Source: an uncultured delta proteobacterium (lineage in GTDB: Bacteria > Myxococcota > Myxococcia > Myxococcales > Myxococcaceae). Taken from it: a stretch of 64,000 nt of DNA. The stretch lies in contig CAVZMH010000022.1 in the NCBI GenBank assembly GCA_963776345.1, positions 539,415 to 603,414 on the forward strand. The letters are read 5' to 3'. How positions within the stretch are numbered: the first letter of the stretch is position 1; each line of letters opens with the position of its first letter. Under the pieces are notes generated by a model. It saw only the letters and a program-made list of their open reading frames with translations. It ran no database searches and had not been told where the DNA came from. A program made the translations under genes and the position numbers. This document shows, piece after piece, positions 28,624 to 37,275 of the stretch.

Positions 28624-29085
28624 ATGAAGAAGCCACCCGACGGCTGGCCGCGGATCTCGTCCGCGGTCTTCTACGACGACGCGAGCAAGGCCATCGACTG
28701 GCTGTGCCGGGCGTTCGCCTTCGAGGTCCAGCTGAAGGTCGAGGGGGAAGGCGGGCGCATCGAGCACTCCGAGCTGAAGTTCGGCGAGGGGCTGGTCATG
28801 GTCAGCAGCCCGGGCGGGAGCTCCGAGCGGAAGAGTCCCGTGCCGGGCAAGAGCCCGCGGTCCGTGGGCGGAGTGAACACCCAGATGCTCGCCGTCTTCG
28901 TGGATGACGCCGATGCGCACTGTGCCTGCGCGCGGGCCGCCGGTGCGCGGATCCTCGACGAGCCCACCACCACCGATTACGGGGACGACTACTGGAGCGA
29001 CCGGACCTACCGGGCCGAGGACCTCGAGGGTCACCACTGGTGGTTCATGCAGCGGGTCCGGGATCCGGCACCTCGTGGTCGCTGA
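28624..29085 (+). CDS. VOC family (PhnB-like) protein
   Basis: YDDASKAIDWLCRAF, HSELKFGEGLVMV, YRAEDLEGHHWWF. Confidence 0.9.
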   Translation: MKKPPDGWPRISSAVFYDDASKAIDWLCRAFAFEVQLKVEGEGGRIEHSELKFGEGLVMVSSPGGSSERKSPVPGKSPRSVGGVNTQMLAVFVDDADAHCACARAAGARILDEPTTTDYGDDYWSDRTYRAEDLEGHHWWFMQRVRDPAPRGR

Positions 29086-29416
29086 CCTGGACCGCACGCT
29101 CGCCGCGCTGGCGGACCCGACCCGGCGGGCGATCGTCGAGCGCCTCCGGAAGCGGCCCCAGCGCCCGAGCGAGGTGGCCGAGGCGCTGTCGATGAGCCGT
29201 CCGGCGATGAGCAGACATCTCAGGGTGCTCCGGAAGGCGGGGCTCATCGCGCAGGAGGCGCTCGAGGACGATGCGCGGGCGCGGCTGATCCAGCTCCGGA
29301 CCGCGCCGCTGTCCGAGCTCCGCTCCTGGGTGGAGGACGTCGAGGCGATGTGGGGCGATCAGCTGCAGGCGTTCAAAGCGCACGCCGAGCGGGTCCAGCG
29401 GGGCCGCCGTCGATGA
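29075..29416 (+). CDS. ArsR/SmtB family regulator
   Basis: ALADPTRRAIVERL, SRPAMSRHLRVLRKAGLI. Confidence 0.9.
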   Translation: MVADLDRTLAALADPTRRAIVERLRKRPQRPSEVAEALSMSRPAMSRHLRVLRKAGLIAQEALEDDARARLIQLRTAPLSELRSWVEDVEAMWGDQLQAFKAHAERVQRGRRR

Positions 29417-29928
29417 CCGCCCGCGAGCAGCCGCGGCCCGGAGACCAGGCGCGGGCGACGGTGCTGGTCGCCGTTCCCCCCGAGGTGGCGTTCCGGGTGT
29501 TCACCGATGAGATCGACCAGTGGTGGCGGCGCGGGCTCAAGTACCGCGTCGCCGGCGGGAACCGCGGCTTCATCCACCTCGAGCCGCGCCTCGGCGGTCG
29601 CCTCTACGAGTCGTTCGAGACGGGAGGCACCACCCGGGTCTTCCAGACCGGGACGGTGACGGTCTGGGAGCCGCCGTCCCGTCTGCTCTTCGAGTGGCGC
29701 GGGGTGAACTTCGCGCCGGGCGAGCGGACCGAGGTCGAGGTGGTGTTCGATCCGAGCCCGAGCGGGACGCTGGTCACGGTCACCCACCGTGGCTGGGCGA
29801 GTCTCCGTCCCGATCACCCGGTGCGTCACGGCCAGGAGGTCGCCGCGTTCATCCGGACGATGGGGCTGTGGTGGGGAGATCTCCTCACCTCGCTCCGGGA
29901 GCACGCGTCCAGGCCGGCCGAGGAGTGA
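29413..29928 (+). CDS. SRPBCC/AHSA1 domain protein
   Basis: AFRVFTDEIDQWW, GTVTVWEPPSRLLFEW, TEVEVVF, VTHRGW; ATGA overlap. Confidence 0.9.
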   Translation: MTAREQPRPGDQARATVLVAVPPEVAFRVFTDEIDQWWRRGLKYRVAGGNRGFIHLEPRLGGRLYESFETGGTTRVFQTGTVTVWEPPSRLLFEWRGVNFAPGERTEVEVVFDPSPSGTLVTVTHRGWASLRPDHPVRHGQEVAAFIRTMGLWWGDLLTSLREHASRPAEE

Positions 29929-29961
29929 GCCCACCGCGGGCGCCTCGCTCGGAGGCGCCCC

Positions 29962-30291
29962 TCAGCCGGTCCGCGCGGCGACTTCCCGCGAGCGAGCCCG
30001 CCCGAGATCATGCACCACCGCCCGGGCGGTCCGCTCGATGGCCGAGGCCAGCGCCAGGGCCGCGTTGAGCCCGCGGTGGTCGACGATGGTCGAGGGAAGC
30101 CGGGGACCGCTGACGGTGATCTGGTAGCGCGTCTCCTCCGGCCGGGACCCGCCGTTCCGCCGGCCGACGATGACCTCCACGTGCGTCAGCTCGGACCGGA
30201 ACCGGCCGAGATGGGTCTCGACCAGGGACGTCGCGTGCTCGCGCAGCGGCTCGGACTGTTCGAGCCCCTGGAACCGGATCTCGATCTCCAT
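29962..30291 (-). CDS. HPF/RaiA family ribosome-associated protein
   Basis: MEIEIRFQGLEQSEPLREHA...HLGRFRSELTHVEV...ALASAIERTARAV; RBS AAGGAG. Confidence 0.75.
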   Translation of the reverse strand: MEIEIRFQGLEQSEPLREHATSLVETHLGRFRSELTHVEVIVGRRNGGSRPEETRYQITVSGPRLPSTIVDHRGLNAALALASAIERTARAVVHDLGRARSREVAARTG

Positions 30292-30307
30292 GGCGCGCTC
30301 CTTTTGA

Positions 30308-30333
30308 GACGGACACGTGTACCCGGAGTGACA
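30308..30333 (-). promoter_or_regulatory. Candidate ECF41-type promoter TGTCAC-N16-CGTC upstream of the HPF-like gene
   Basis: Minus strand reads TGTCAC TCCGGGTACACGTGTC CGTC, followed by the RBS. Confidence 0.5.
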
Positions 30334-30401
30334 GAAGCCGAATATGACGAAAGAACGACGTAACGCTGCGAAAAAATCGATGAATGCCCTGCCGGCGCTC
30401 G

Positions 30402-31763
30402 CTAGGGGATGGTGCTGCTGTCGAGTCCCGCCGCCCGCTCGAGCCGGAGCACCGCCAGCTGCGCGTTGAGCCGCTCGTTGATCAGCTGGAGCGAGGCGTT
30501 GAGCACCGCGGTGATGGCGTCCGACTGCTCGAGGTAGGTGGCCACGCCGGCCTCGAAGTTGGTCCGGACCAGGGCCCCGTTCTCCCGGGCCAGCCGGACC
30601 TGCTCCTCGGCCTTGGAGCGGTTGGCCTGCGCGGACTCGAGGTCGTTGAGCGCCCGGCGCACCTCGTCCCGGGCCCGGACCTGGGCGCCACGGGCGGCGG
30701 CCTCCGCCTCGCGGCGCTTCGCCGAGGCCTCGCGGAGGTTCGCCTCGCGGAGCCCGCCGTCGAAGAGGGTCCAGCTCGCGCCGAAGGAGAAGAACCAGGC
30801 GTCGTGCTTCCCGGTGAAGCCGGTGGTGTTGCTGTAGCTGTACTGGCCGCTGAAGCCGATGCTCGGCAGGTAGCTGAGGACGTACGAGGTCTCCCCGGCC
30901 TTCGCCGCGTCGACGTTCTTGAGCGCGCCGAGCACGTCGGGCCGGCGCCCGGGGGCCTGCTCCTCGAGCAGCCCGAGGTTGTCGGGGATCGTGGCCTCGG
31001 GCGGCGTGTCCACCTCGAAGTCGGGCGCGCGGTCGAGCAGCGCGGAGAGGGCGCTCTTGGCGCTGGCGTAGGCGTAGCGGGCGCGGCGGAGGTCCTGCTC
31101 GGCCTGGGCCCGGTCGATCTGCGCGCGGAGGAGGGTGATCTTGTTCACCGACCCGGCGTCGAAGCGGACCTGGGTGTCCTTCTCCCGCTGCTGCTCGGTG
31201 CGCAGTTGCGCCTCGCGGACGGCGATGGCCTCCTTGAGCCCGACGGCGCCGAGGTACTGCTGGGCGACGGAGAGGAGGATCTCCCGCCGCGAGTTCTCGG
31301 TGTTCAGCTCGGCGGCCCGCTCGCTCAGGTAGGCCGAGTCGATGGACGCCCACAGCGAGGGGGCGATGATGGCCTGGCTGCCCCTGACCGTCGTGCCGAG
31401 CGCGTCGCGCTGCTGGAGGACCACGTCGATCGTGGGGGGCTCGGCGACCAGCTGCGAGGTCCCGCCCGTCCCGATGTCACGGACCGGGTACTGGGTGCCG
31501 TAGGGGAACGCCAGCGTGGAGCCCACGTTGTTCCGCTGCCAGCTCGCGCCGGCCTCGAGCTGCGGGAGGTACCCGGACCAGGCCTTGCGCGAGAGCTCGT
31601 GGGCCTGATCGAGCCGGGCCTGGAGGACGCGCAGGTCGGGGTTGCCCTCGAGCGCGCGGCGGCGGGCCTCGGCAAACGTGAGCACCGGACCGGTGGCGGA
31701 CGCGAGCAGCGGGGTCTGGTCGGCGGCGCCCTGGGCGAGGACGAGGAGCAGAAGAGCGGTCAT
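30402..31763 (-). CDS. TolC family outer-membrane protein
   Basis: Signal peptide; ALEGNPDL, YLPQL, RFDAG, RRPDV, WTLFDGG, FEAGVATYLE. Confidence 0.9.
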   Translation of the reverse strand: MTALLLLVLAQGAADQTPLLASATGPVLTFAEARRRALEGNPDLRVLQARLDQAHELSRKAWSGYLPQLEAGASWQRNNVGSTLAFPYGTQYPVRDIGTGGTSQLVAEPPTIDVVLQQRDALGTTVRGSQAIIAPSLWASIDSAYLSERAAELNTENSRREILLSVAQQYLGAVGLKEAIAVREAQLRTEQQREKDTQVRFDAGSVNKITLLRAQIDRAQAEQDLRRARYAYASAKSALSALLDRAPDFEVDTPPEATIPDNLGLLEEQAPGRRPDVLGALKNVDAAKAGETSYVLSYLPSIGFSGQYSYSNTTGFTGKHDAWFFSFGASWTLFDGGLREANLREASAKRREAEAAARGAQVRARDEVRRALNDLESAQANRSKAEEQVRLARENGALVRTNFEAGVATYLEQSDAITAVLNASLQLINERLNAQLAVLRLERAAGLDSSTIP

Positions 31764-31893
31764 GGCGGCCTGCTTAACGCCCCGATCGATGTTGTCACCA
31801 GAAACTTTGCGTTTCTACACCCGGGTCGGGCGCGTTCACCGGGAGTCCAGGCGGGACGGGCAGTTGCGCGGGGCGTGTGCTAGGGGCGGCGGC

Positions 31894-32280
31894 ATGATCG
31901 ACCACACCGGTTTGAAGGTCAGCGACCCCGTGGCGAGCCGGCGGTTCTACGAGGGTGCGCTGGCGCCGCTCGGATACCGGGTGCTCATGGAGATCCCGAA
32001 GGAGCACACCGGCGGTCGGGTCGTCCTGGGGTACGGGGTGCCGCCGAAGCCGGATTTCTGGGTGGCCGAGGGGAAGCCCGAGGAGCCGCGCGTCCACGTC
32101 GCCTTCCGTGCCGAGTCGCGCGCGGCGGTGGACGCCTTCTACCGGGCCGCGCTGGTCGCGGGCGGAAGGGACAACGGACCGCCGGGCCCCCGTCCGCACT
32201 ACCACGCGAGCTACTACGGCGCGTTCATCGTCGACCCGGACGGGCACAACATCGAGGCGGTCTGCCACACGCCCGCCTGA
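31894..32280 (+). CDS. VOC family protein
   Basis: MIDHTGLKVSD, HVAFRA, DNGPPGPRPHYH..YYGAFIVDPDGHNIEAVCH. Confidence 0.93.
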   Translation: MIDHTGLKVSDPVASRRFYEGALAPLGYRVLMEIPKEHTGGRVVLGYGVPPKPDFWVAEGKPEEPRVHVAFRAESRAAVDAFYRAALVAGGRDNGPPGPRPHYHASYYGAFIVDPDGHNIEAVCHTPA

Positions 32281-32294
32281 GCCCGGAGGAACCG

Positions 32295-32807
32295 ATGCCA
32301 CGCTACGCGGCGTTCCTCCGGGGCGTCATGCCGATGAACGCGAAGATGCCCGAGCTGAAGCGCGCCTTCGAGAAGGCGGGGTTCGGCGAGGTCCGTACCG
32401 TGCTCGGGAGCGGCAACGTGGTGTTCAGCGCGCGCACGGCGTCCGAGCTGGCGCTGCAGCGCAAGGCCGAGAAGGCGATGCAGGAGCACCTCGGCCGGAC
32501 GTTCCTGACCATCATTCGCGAGGTGGCGGCGCTGGAGCAGCTGCTCGCGGTGGACCCGTTCGAGGAACACGCTGTCCCTGCGACGGCGAAGCGGATCGTG
32601 ACCTTCCTCCGCACCGAACCGGAGCGCGCACCGGCCCTGCCCATCGAGCGGGACGGTGCGCGCATTCTCCACCTGTCGGGACGCGAGGTCTTCACCGCCT
32701 ACCTGCCGAGTCCTCGCGGGCCGGTCTTCATGACCCTGATCGAGAAGACGTTTGGCGAGGACCTGACCACGCGGACGTGGGACACCGTGAAGAAGGTGGC
32801 GCGATGA
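32295..32807 (+). CDS. DUF1697 domain protein
   Basis: YAAFLRGV, MPELK..FE..GF.EVRTVLGSGNVVF, TTRTWDTVKK. Confidence 0.88.
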   Translation: MPRYAAFLRGVMPMNAKMPELKRAFEKAGFGEVRTVLGSGNVVFSARTASELALQRKAEKAMQEHLGRTFLTIIREVAALEQLLAVDPFEEHAVPATAKRIVTFLRTEPERAPALPIERDGARILHLSGREVFTAYLPSPRGPVFMTLIEKTFGEDLTTRTWDTVKKVAR

Positions 32808-32885
32808 GCGAGAAGATCCTGACCCGACACCCCGGAGGGAAGAGCGGAAAGAACATCAGCCGCGAAAAGTACAACTGGCTCGAAG
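32804..32885 (+). pseudogene. Truncated gene remnant (MSEKILTRHPGGKSGKNISREKY)
   Basis: ATGA-coupled start with RBS-like AAGG and protein-like N-terminus. The frame then runs antisense into DUF72 with no proper end. Confidence 0.5.
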
Positions 32886-33860
32886 CGTCTCGGCCGGGAC
32901 CGGGTGTGCGAGGCCGCGCAGCGCCTCGGGATAGTGGTCGAAGAGGTCCGGTGGCGCGGGGACGTCCTCCCCGGTCAGCATCGACTCGAGCATCAGCGCG
33001 TTGGTCGGCGCCTTTCCGAAGCTGTGGTTGTTGTTCACCAGGTAGACGTCGCGGACCTCGGGCTGGGCGGCGATGTCCCGCGCGGTCCGGGCGATCTCCT
33101 CGAGCTCCGAGCGCGGGTAGAGGTAGTCGAACCGGGCGTCCTTCTGTGCCTCCTCGGCGTGGCGCTGCTCGGGGGTCCTCTTCTGCCGCTTCTCGACGTT
33201 CTCCGCGCTCTTCTTCGACCCCCGGCCGAAGAAGCGCATCCAGGTCTGGTAGTTGCGGCCATGCATCCGGATGTAGCCGGTGGAGGTCGTGGCGTAGGGA
33301 CGGAGCCGGAGCGAGTCCTTGGGGAGGTGCGGCTGGTCCACGTTGATCCAGCCGATCTTCCGCGCGCGCAGCTCGGCGAGGACCTCCGGAGCGTCCCAGC
33401 TGTCGTGCCGGAACTCGACGAAGACCGGGAGCCCCTTGAAGGCGGCGGCGGCCTTCAGGAGCCACTTCAGGGCGTCCTCGTCGATGGTCGCGTCGCGCTT
33501 GATGCGCTTGAAGCTGTAGGCGAACTGGAGCACCGCGGCGCCCAGCCGGCCGCCGTGGTGGAGGACGTCGAGCCCCTCGCGCGCCCGCGCCACGTCCTCG
33601 CGGGTCCAGCTCTTGCCGGGGGCGACGAACTGCTCGGGGATCTTCGCGGTGAAGACCACGCCAGGGCGGTCGGCGACGCGCGCGAGCCATCCGCGGGCCT
33701 CGGCGGCGGTGGCGGCGCGGTAGTAGGTCCGGTTGATCTCGAACAGCGGGAGGTAGAGCGAGAGGTACTCGAGCTTGTCGAACCCGCGCCCCGCGTGCTC
33801 CGGGTACACGGTGCCGCTCCAGTTCTTGTAGTCCCAGCCCGCGACGCCGGCCTTGAACAT
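32856..33860 (-). CDS. DUF72 domain protein
   Basis: GVAGWDYKNW, EINRTYY, LQF, VEFRHDSW, YIRMHGRN, YLY...NNH. Confidence 0.9.
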   Translation of the reverse strand: MFKAGVAGWDYKNWSGTVYPEHAGRGFDKLEYLSLYLPLFEINRTYYRAATAAEARGWLARVADRPGVVFTAKIPEQFVAPGKSWTREDVARAREGLDVLHHGGRLGAAVLQFAYSFKRIKRDATIDEDALKWLLKAAAAFKGLPVFVEFRHDSWDAPEVLAELRARKIGWINVDQPHLPKDSLRLRPYATTSTGYIRMHGRNYQTWMRFFGRGSKKSAENVEKRQKRTPEQRHAEEAQKDARFDYLYPRSELEEIARTARDIAAQPEVRDVYLVNNNHSFGKAPTNALMLESMLTGEDVPAPPDLFDHYPEALRGLAHPVPAETLRASCTFRG

Positions 33861-33911
33861 GGCGCCCCCGAACCTAGGGCCGGCGCGCCTCGTTCGACAG
33901 GGCCGATCGGA

Positions 33912-34700
33912 TCAGTCGGAGGCGCCGCCCTCCGCCATCGCGGGTTCGGGCTCCCGCTGGGCCGCGAGCGCCTCCAGCTGCCCGGCCACGCCCACCGAGG
34001 CGCCGATCACCAGCACCCCCGGCAGCGTGGGATGCAGCTCCGGGAGCTCGCAGGTCCCCAGCGCGGCCAGGGTCCCGCGCCACGAGCGGGCCTCCGCAGT
34101 CCCCGCGGAGAGCAGGACCGCGGCCGGGGTGCCCGGGTTCCAGCCGCGGGAGAGGAGCTCATCCGCGATGAGGGCGCGCGTCTGGAGGCCCATCAGCACG
34201 ACCACCGTCGCCGCCCCGGGCTCGAGCGAGCGCAGGACCGGAGCGAACGCCCCCTCGGAATGACCGGAGACGACCAGGAACGCCGCGGCGAGACCGCGGT
34301 GGGTGACGGGGATTCCGGACAGCGCGGGCGCTGCCACCGCGGTCGAGACCCCGGGCACCACCTCGCAGGGAATCCCCGCCGCCGCCATCGCCAGCGCCTC
34401 CTCACCGCCGCGGCCGAAGACGAACGGGTCTCCGCTCTTGAGCCGGACCACGCGCTCGCCGCAGAGCGCCCGCCGGATCATCAACCGCTCGATGGTCCCC
34501 TGGGAGATGGAAGGGCGTCCTGCCCGCTTGCCGACGTACGCCCACCGGGCCCGCGGGGCGTGGCGGAGGACGGCGCGGTCCACCAGCGCGTCGTAGAACA
34601 CCACGTCCGCGGCGTTCAGCCGTGCCACGGCGCGCAGGGTCAGGAGCTCCGGATCCCCGGGGCCGGCGCCGACCAGCGAGACCAGTCCCGGGCCGTTCAC
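33912..34700 (-). CDS. cobA: Uroporphyrinogen-III C-methyltransferase
   Basis: LVGAGPGDPELLT, YDALV, RLKSGDPFVFGRGGEE, VPGVS, PVTHRG. Confidence 0.93.
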   Translation of the reverse strand: MNGPGLVSLVGAGPGDPELLTLRAVARLNAADVVFYDALVDRAVLRHAPRARWAYVGKRAGRPSISQGTIERLMIRRALCGERVVRLKSGDPFVFGRGGEEALAMAAAGIPCEVVPGVSTAVAAPALSGIPVTHRGLAAAFLVVSGHSEGAFAPVLRSLEPGAATVVVLMGLQTRALIADELLSRGWNPGTPAAVLLSAGTAEARSWRGTLAALGTCELPELHPTLPGVLVIGASVGVAGQLEALAAQREPEPAMAEGGASD

Positions 34701-35257
34701 GCCCTCTCTCCGTACCGATCGTCCAGGGCGCGCAGCAGGAGCGGACGCCGTTCCTCCATCGGGACGCCCTCCGCCCGCCACCGCCCGCGCAGGCGCTCCG
34801 CGAAGGCGACCCAGTCCCCGAGATTGTCCGGGAGCAGCCGCTCGAGGGCCTCGCGGAGCAAGCTCGCCAGGGCAGGCGCGCGGCCGCCGGTGGAGATCGC
34901 CACCGTGGCGCCTCCCCGGCGCACCACGCCGCCCAGGTACGCGCTCGCCGCGTCGGTGTCGTCGACCGCGTTGACGAAGATCCGGCGCGCCCGGGCGGCC
35001 TGCGCCACCTCTCGATTGACCTCGGCCGGCGCGGCCGACACCACGAACCAGCAACCGTCCAGATCCTGCGGCTCGAAACGGCGGCGCAGGAGTCGCACGA
35101 AGGGCCGGTAGAGCTCCGCGGAGATCTCGGGCGCGACCACCGTCACCACCGCCCCCGCCTCGAGGAGCCCGCGGAGCTTGCTCGCCGCGACCTTTCCTCC
35201 GCCGACCAGGAGCACCGGGCGGCCCCACAGCTTGAGGAAGGCCGGGTAGAGGCTCAC
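34697..35257 (-). CDS. Precorrin-2 dehydrogenase/sirohydrochlorin ferrochelatase (CysG N-terminal type)
   Basis: LYPAFLKL.GRPVLLVGGGKVA, VNAVDD, AISTGGRAPALA; GTG at 35257. Confidence 0.9.
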   Translation of the reverse strand: MSLYPAFLKLWGRPVLLVGGGKVAASKLRGLLEAGAVVTVVAPEISAELYRPFVRLLRRRFEPQDLDGCWFVVSAAPAEVNREVAQAARARRIFVNAVDDTDAASAYLGGVVRRGGATVAISTGGRAPALASLLREALERLLPDNLGDWVAFAERLRGRWRAEGVPMEERRPLLLRALDDRYGERA

Positions 35258-36084
35258 GCCGCGCTCCTGGTGGCGAGCCGGTCGGCCAGCGCCTCGAGCA
35301 TCGAGCCCATCTTCGGCGGGTCGGGCACGACGTGCGGCGGCACACCGAGCTCGTCGAGCACGCGGGCGCAGGTCGGTCCAACCGCCGCGACGACCACCCG
35401 CGAGCGAAGGGCGGCGACGAGCTGGTTTCTCCGGCCGATCCGGCTCGCGATGCTCATCAGATGCCGGGCCTGGACCTGGGTGGTGAACGCGGCGGCGTCG
35501 AAGTCTCCGCGGACCAGCGACTCCGCGGCACGAACCAGCGGGGCCGTGTCCTCGGGCAGCCCCCACTCGTAGACCAGGAGCTCGAGGAGCACCGCGCCCT
35601 GCGAGGTGAGCGCCTCCACCAGGGGCTCGTTCCTCTCCCCGTAGTGGACCAGCACCACGGGCAGCCCGGCGAGATCGAGCGCGGCGAGGGCCTCGATCAG
35701 CTCGACGGTGGTGTACGGCGAGCGTGCCTTGATCGTCGCGGCGAGCCCCTCCCGGTGCAGCGCCGCCACGGCCTTCGGTCCGCGGCAGATGGAGCCTCCC
35801 CGCTGGATGGCCTCCACCAGCTCCGGGGCGCGACCCAGGGCCCGCGCCTCGTCGAACAGCGCCCGCGCTCCCACGCCGGTGGAGAAGACGAACGCCGGCG
35901 CGCCATCGCCGGTCCTCAGCATGTCGAGCAGCGCGGCCAGCTCGTGTCCGACCGGGCGACGCCGCTCGACCACCGCCGGAACGCACACCGGCACCCCTCC
36001 GCTGCGTCGGACGAGCTCCGAGAGCTCCTCGCCGAGCCGTGACTCGAAGAGCACGATGCGCTGGCCGACCAGCCCCTGTCTCAT
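35254..36084 (-). CDS. hemD: Uroporphyrinogen-III synthase
   Basis: LFESR..EL..LVRRSGG, STGVG, RGPK, YEWGLPED, FTTQVQ, VGPTC, PKMG. Confidence 0.85.
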   Translation of the reverse strand: MRQGLVGQRIVLFESRLGEELSELVRRSGGVPVCVPAVVERRRPVGHELAALLDMLRTGDGAPAFVFSTGVGARALFDEARALGRAPELVEAIQRGGSICRGPKAVAALHREGLAATIKARSPYTTVELIEALAALDLAGLPVVLVHYGERNEPLVEALTSQGAVLLELLVYEWGLPEDTAPLVRAAESLVRGDFDAAAFTTQVQARHLMSIASRIGRRNQLVAALRSRVVVAAVGPTCARVLDELGVPPHVVPDPPKMGSMLEALADRLATRSAA

Positions 36085-36908
36085 CGGGCCGCCGCGACCG
36101 GCGTCGCCGGCTCCTCCACCGCCCGCAGGACGCGTCCCTGCCCCTGCGCGACGAACCAGTAGGGCAGCCCGATGAGCAGCGCCCCTCCGACGATGTTGCC
36201 CGCGGTGACCCACGTGAGGTTGCGCGCGAATCCCGCCCAGGAGACCAGGGCCGGATCGTGCGGCAGGAAGAGGCCGATGCCGAGCAGGGTCATGTTGGCC
36301 ACGCTGTGCTCGAAGCCCGCGCCGATGAAGGCGAAGAGACACCAGAAGATGAGCACCAGCCGCGCGGTCTCGTCCTTGGTGCGGATGCCCATCCACACCG
36401 CGAGGCACACCAGCGCGTTGCAGAGCACGCCGCGGAAGAACAGCTCGCCGGCCGGCGCGGCCATCTTGGCGGCGGCGACCCCGAGCACGAACTCCTTCGC
36501 CGGAGCCTTGCTCAGGACCCCGGAGCTGGCGGTGGCCAGGGCGAGGAGCAGCGAGCCGAGGAGGTTCCCGGCGAAGCTCGCCACCCATACCCGGGCCAGT
36601 GCTCCCGTGGTGACGGTGCGCGAGAGAGTGCCCACGGTCATCACCAGGTTGTTCCCGGTGAACAGCTCGGAGCCGGCGAAGATCACCAGGGTCAGCGCCA
36701 CCCCGAACGAGGCGCCCATCACCGCCTTGGTCGCGCCGGAGCCCGCCGCCTGCAGCGGCGCTCCGATGGCGAAGATCAGCACGATGCCCAGCCCGACGTA
36801 GGCGCCGGCCAGCGCCGAGAGGACCAGGTACTGCCACGGGCTGTGCCTGAGCAGCCCGGCCTTCGCCCGCGCGGCCGCGGCGACCGCGGCGATCGTCTCA
36901 TGCTCCAT
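36081..36908 (-). CDS. nirC: Formate/nitrite transporter (nitrite channel)
   Basis: LAGAYVG, GSELFTGN, GNLLG, GVLCNALVCLAVW, GFEHSVANM, GNIVGG; position in nir operon. Confidence 0.9.
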   Translation of the reverse strand: MEHETIAAVAAAARAKAGLLRHSPWQYLVLSALAGAYVGLGIVLIFAIGAPLQAAGSGATKAVMGASFGVALTLVIFAGSELFTGNNLVMTVGTLSRTVTTGALARVWVASFAGNLLGSLLLALATASSGVLSKAPAKEFVLGVAAAKMAAPAGELFFRGVLCNALVCLAVWMGIRTKDETARLVLIFWCLFAFIGAGFEHSVANMTLLGIGLFLPHDPALVSWAGFARNLTWVTAGNIVGGALLIGLPYWFVAQGQGRVLRAVEEPATPVAAAR

Positions 36909-37275
36909 CGTGATCTCCGATGCGCGGTTCGCGATGCACGAGGACCCGCCCGCGCTCGACGCGGACCTCGTGGGTGGGGATGCACACCCGCGGGTCGTCC
37001 AGACACCGCCCGGTGCGCAGATCGAAGGTCTGCTTGAAGATGGGGGAGGCGATCTTGGGGATCCCGCCCTTGTCGCCCACGATTCCGCGCGAGAGCACGA
37101 AGGCCTTGCTGAAGGGATCGAAGTTCCCGATGGCGTAGAGCGCATCGCCGGTCCTGACGATGGCCACCTGTCGGCCGTCGACCAGGGCGCAGACCCCGGT
37201 CCAGGGGACGATGTCCTCGAGGGCGCAGACGTCCTCCCACCGCGACGGCTCGGCCCGGAGCGCGACGGCGGTCAT
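36898..37275 (-). CDS. nirD: Nitrite reductase small subunit
   Basis: GVCALVDGRQVA, NFDPFSKAFVLSRGIVGD, ASPIFKQTFDLRTGRC. Confidence 0.93.
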   Translation of the reverse strand: MTAVALRAEPSRWEDVCALEDIVPWTGVCALVDGRQVAIVRTGDALYAIGNFDPFSKAFVLSRGIVGDKGGIPKIASPIFKQTFDLRTGRCLDDPRVCIPTHEVRVERGRVLVHREPRIGDHDGA

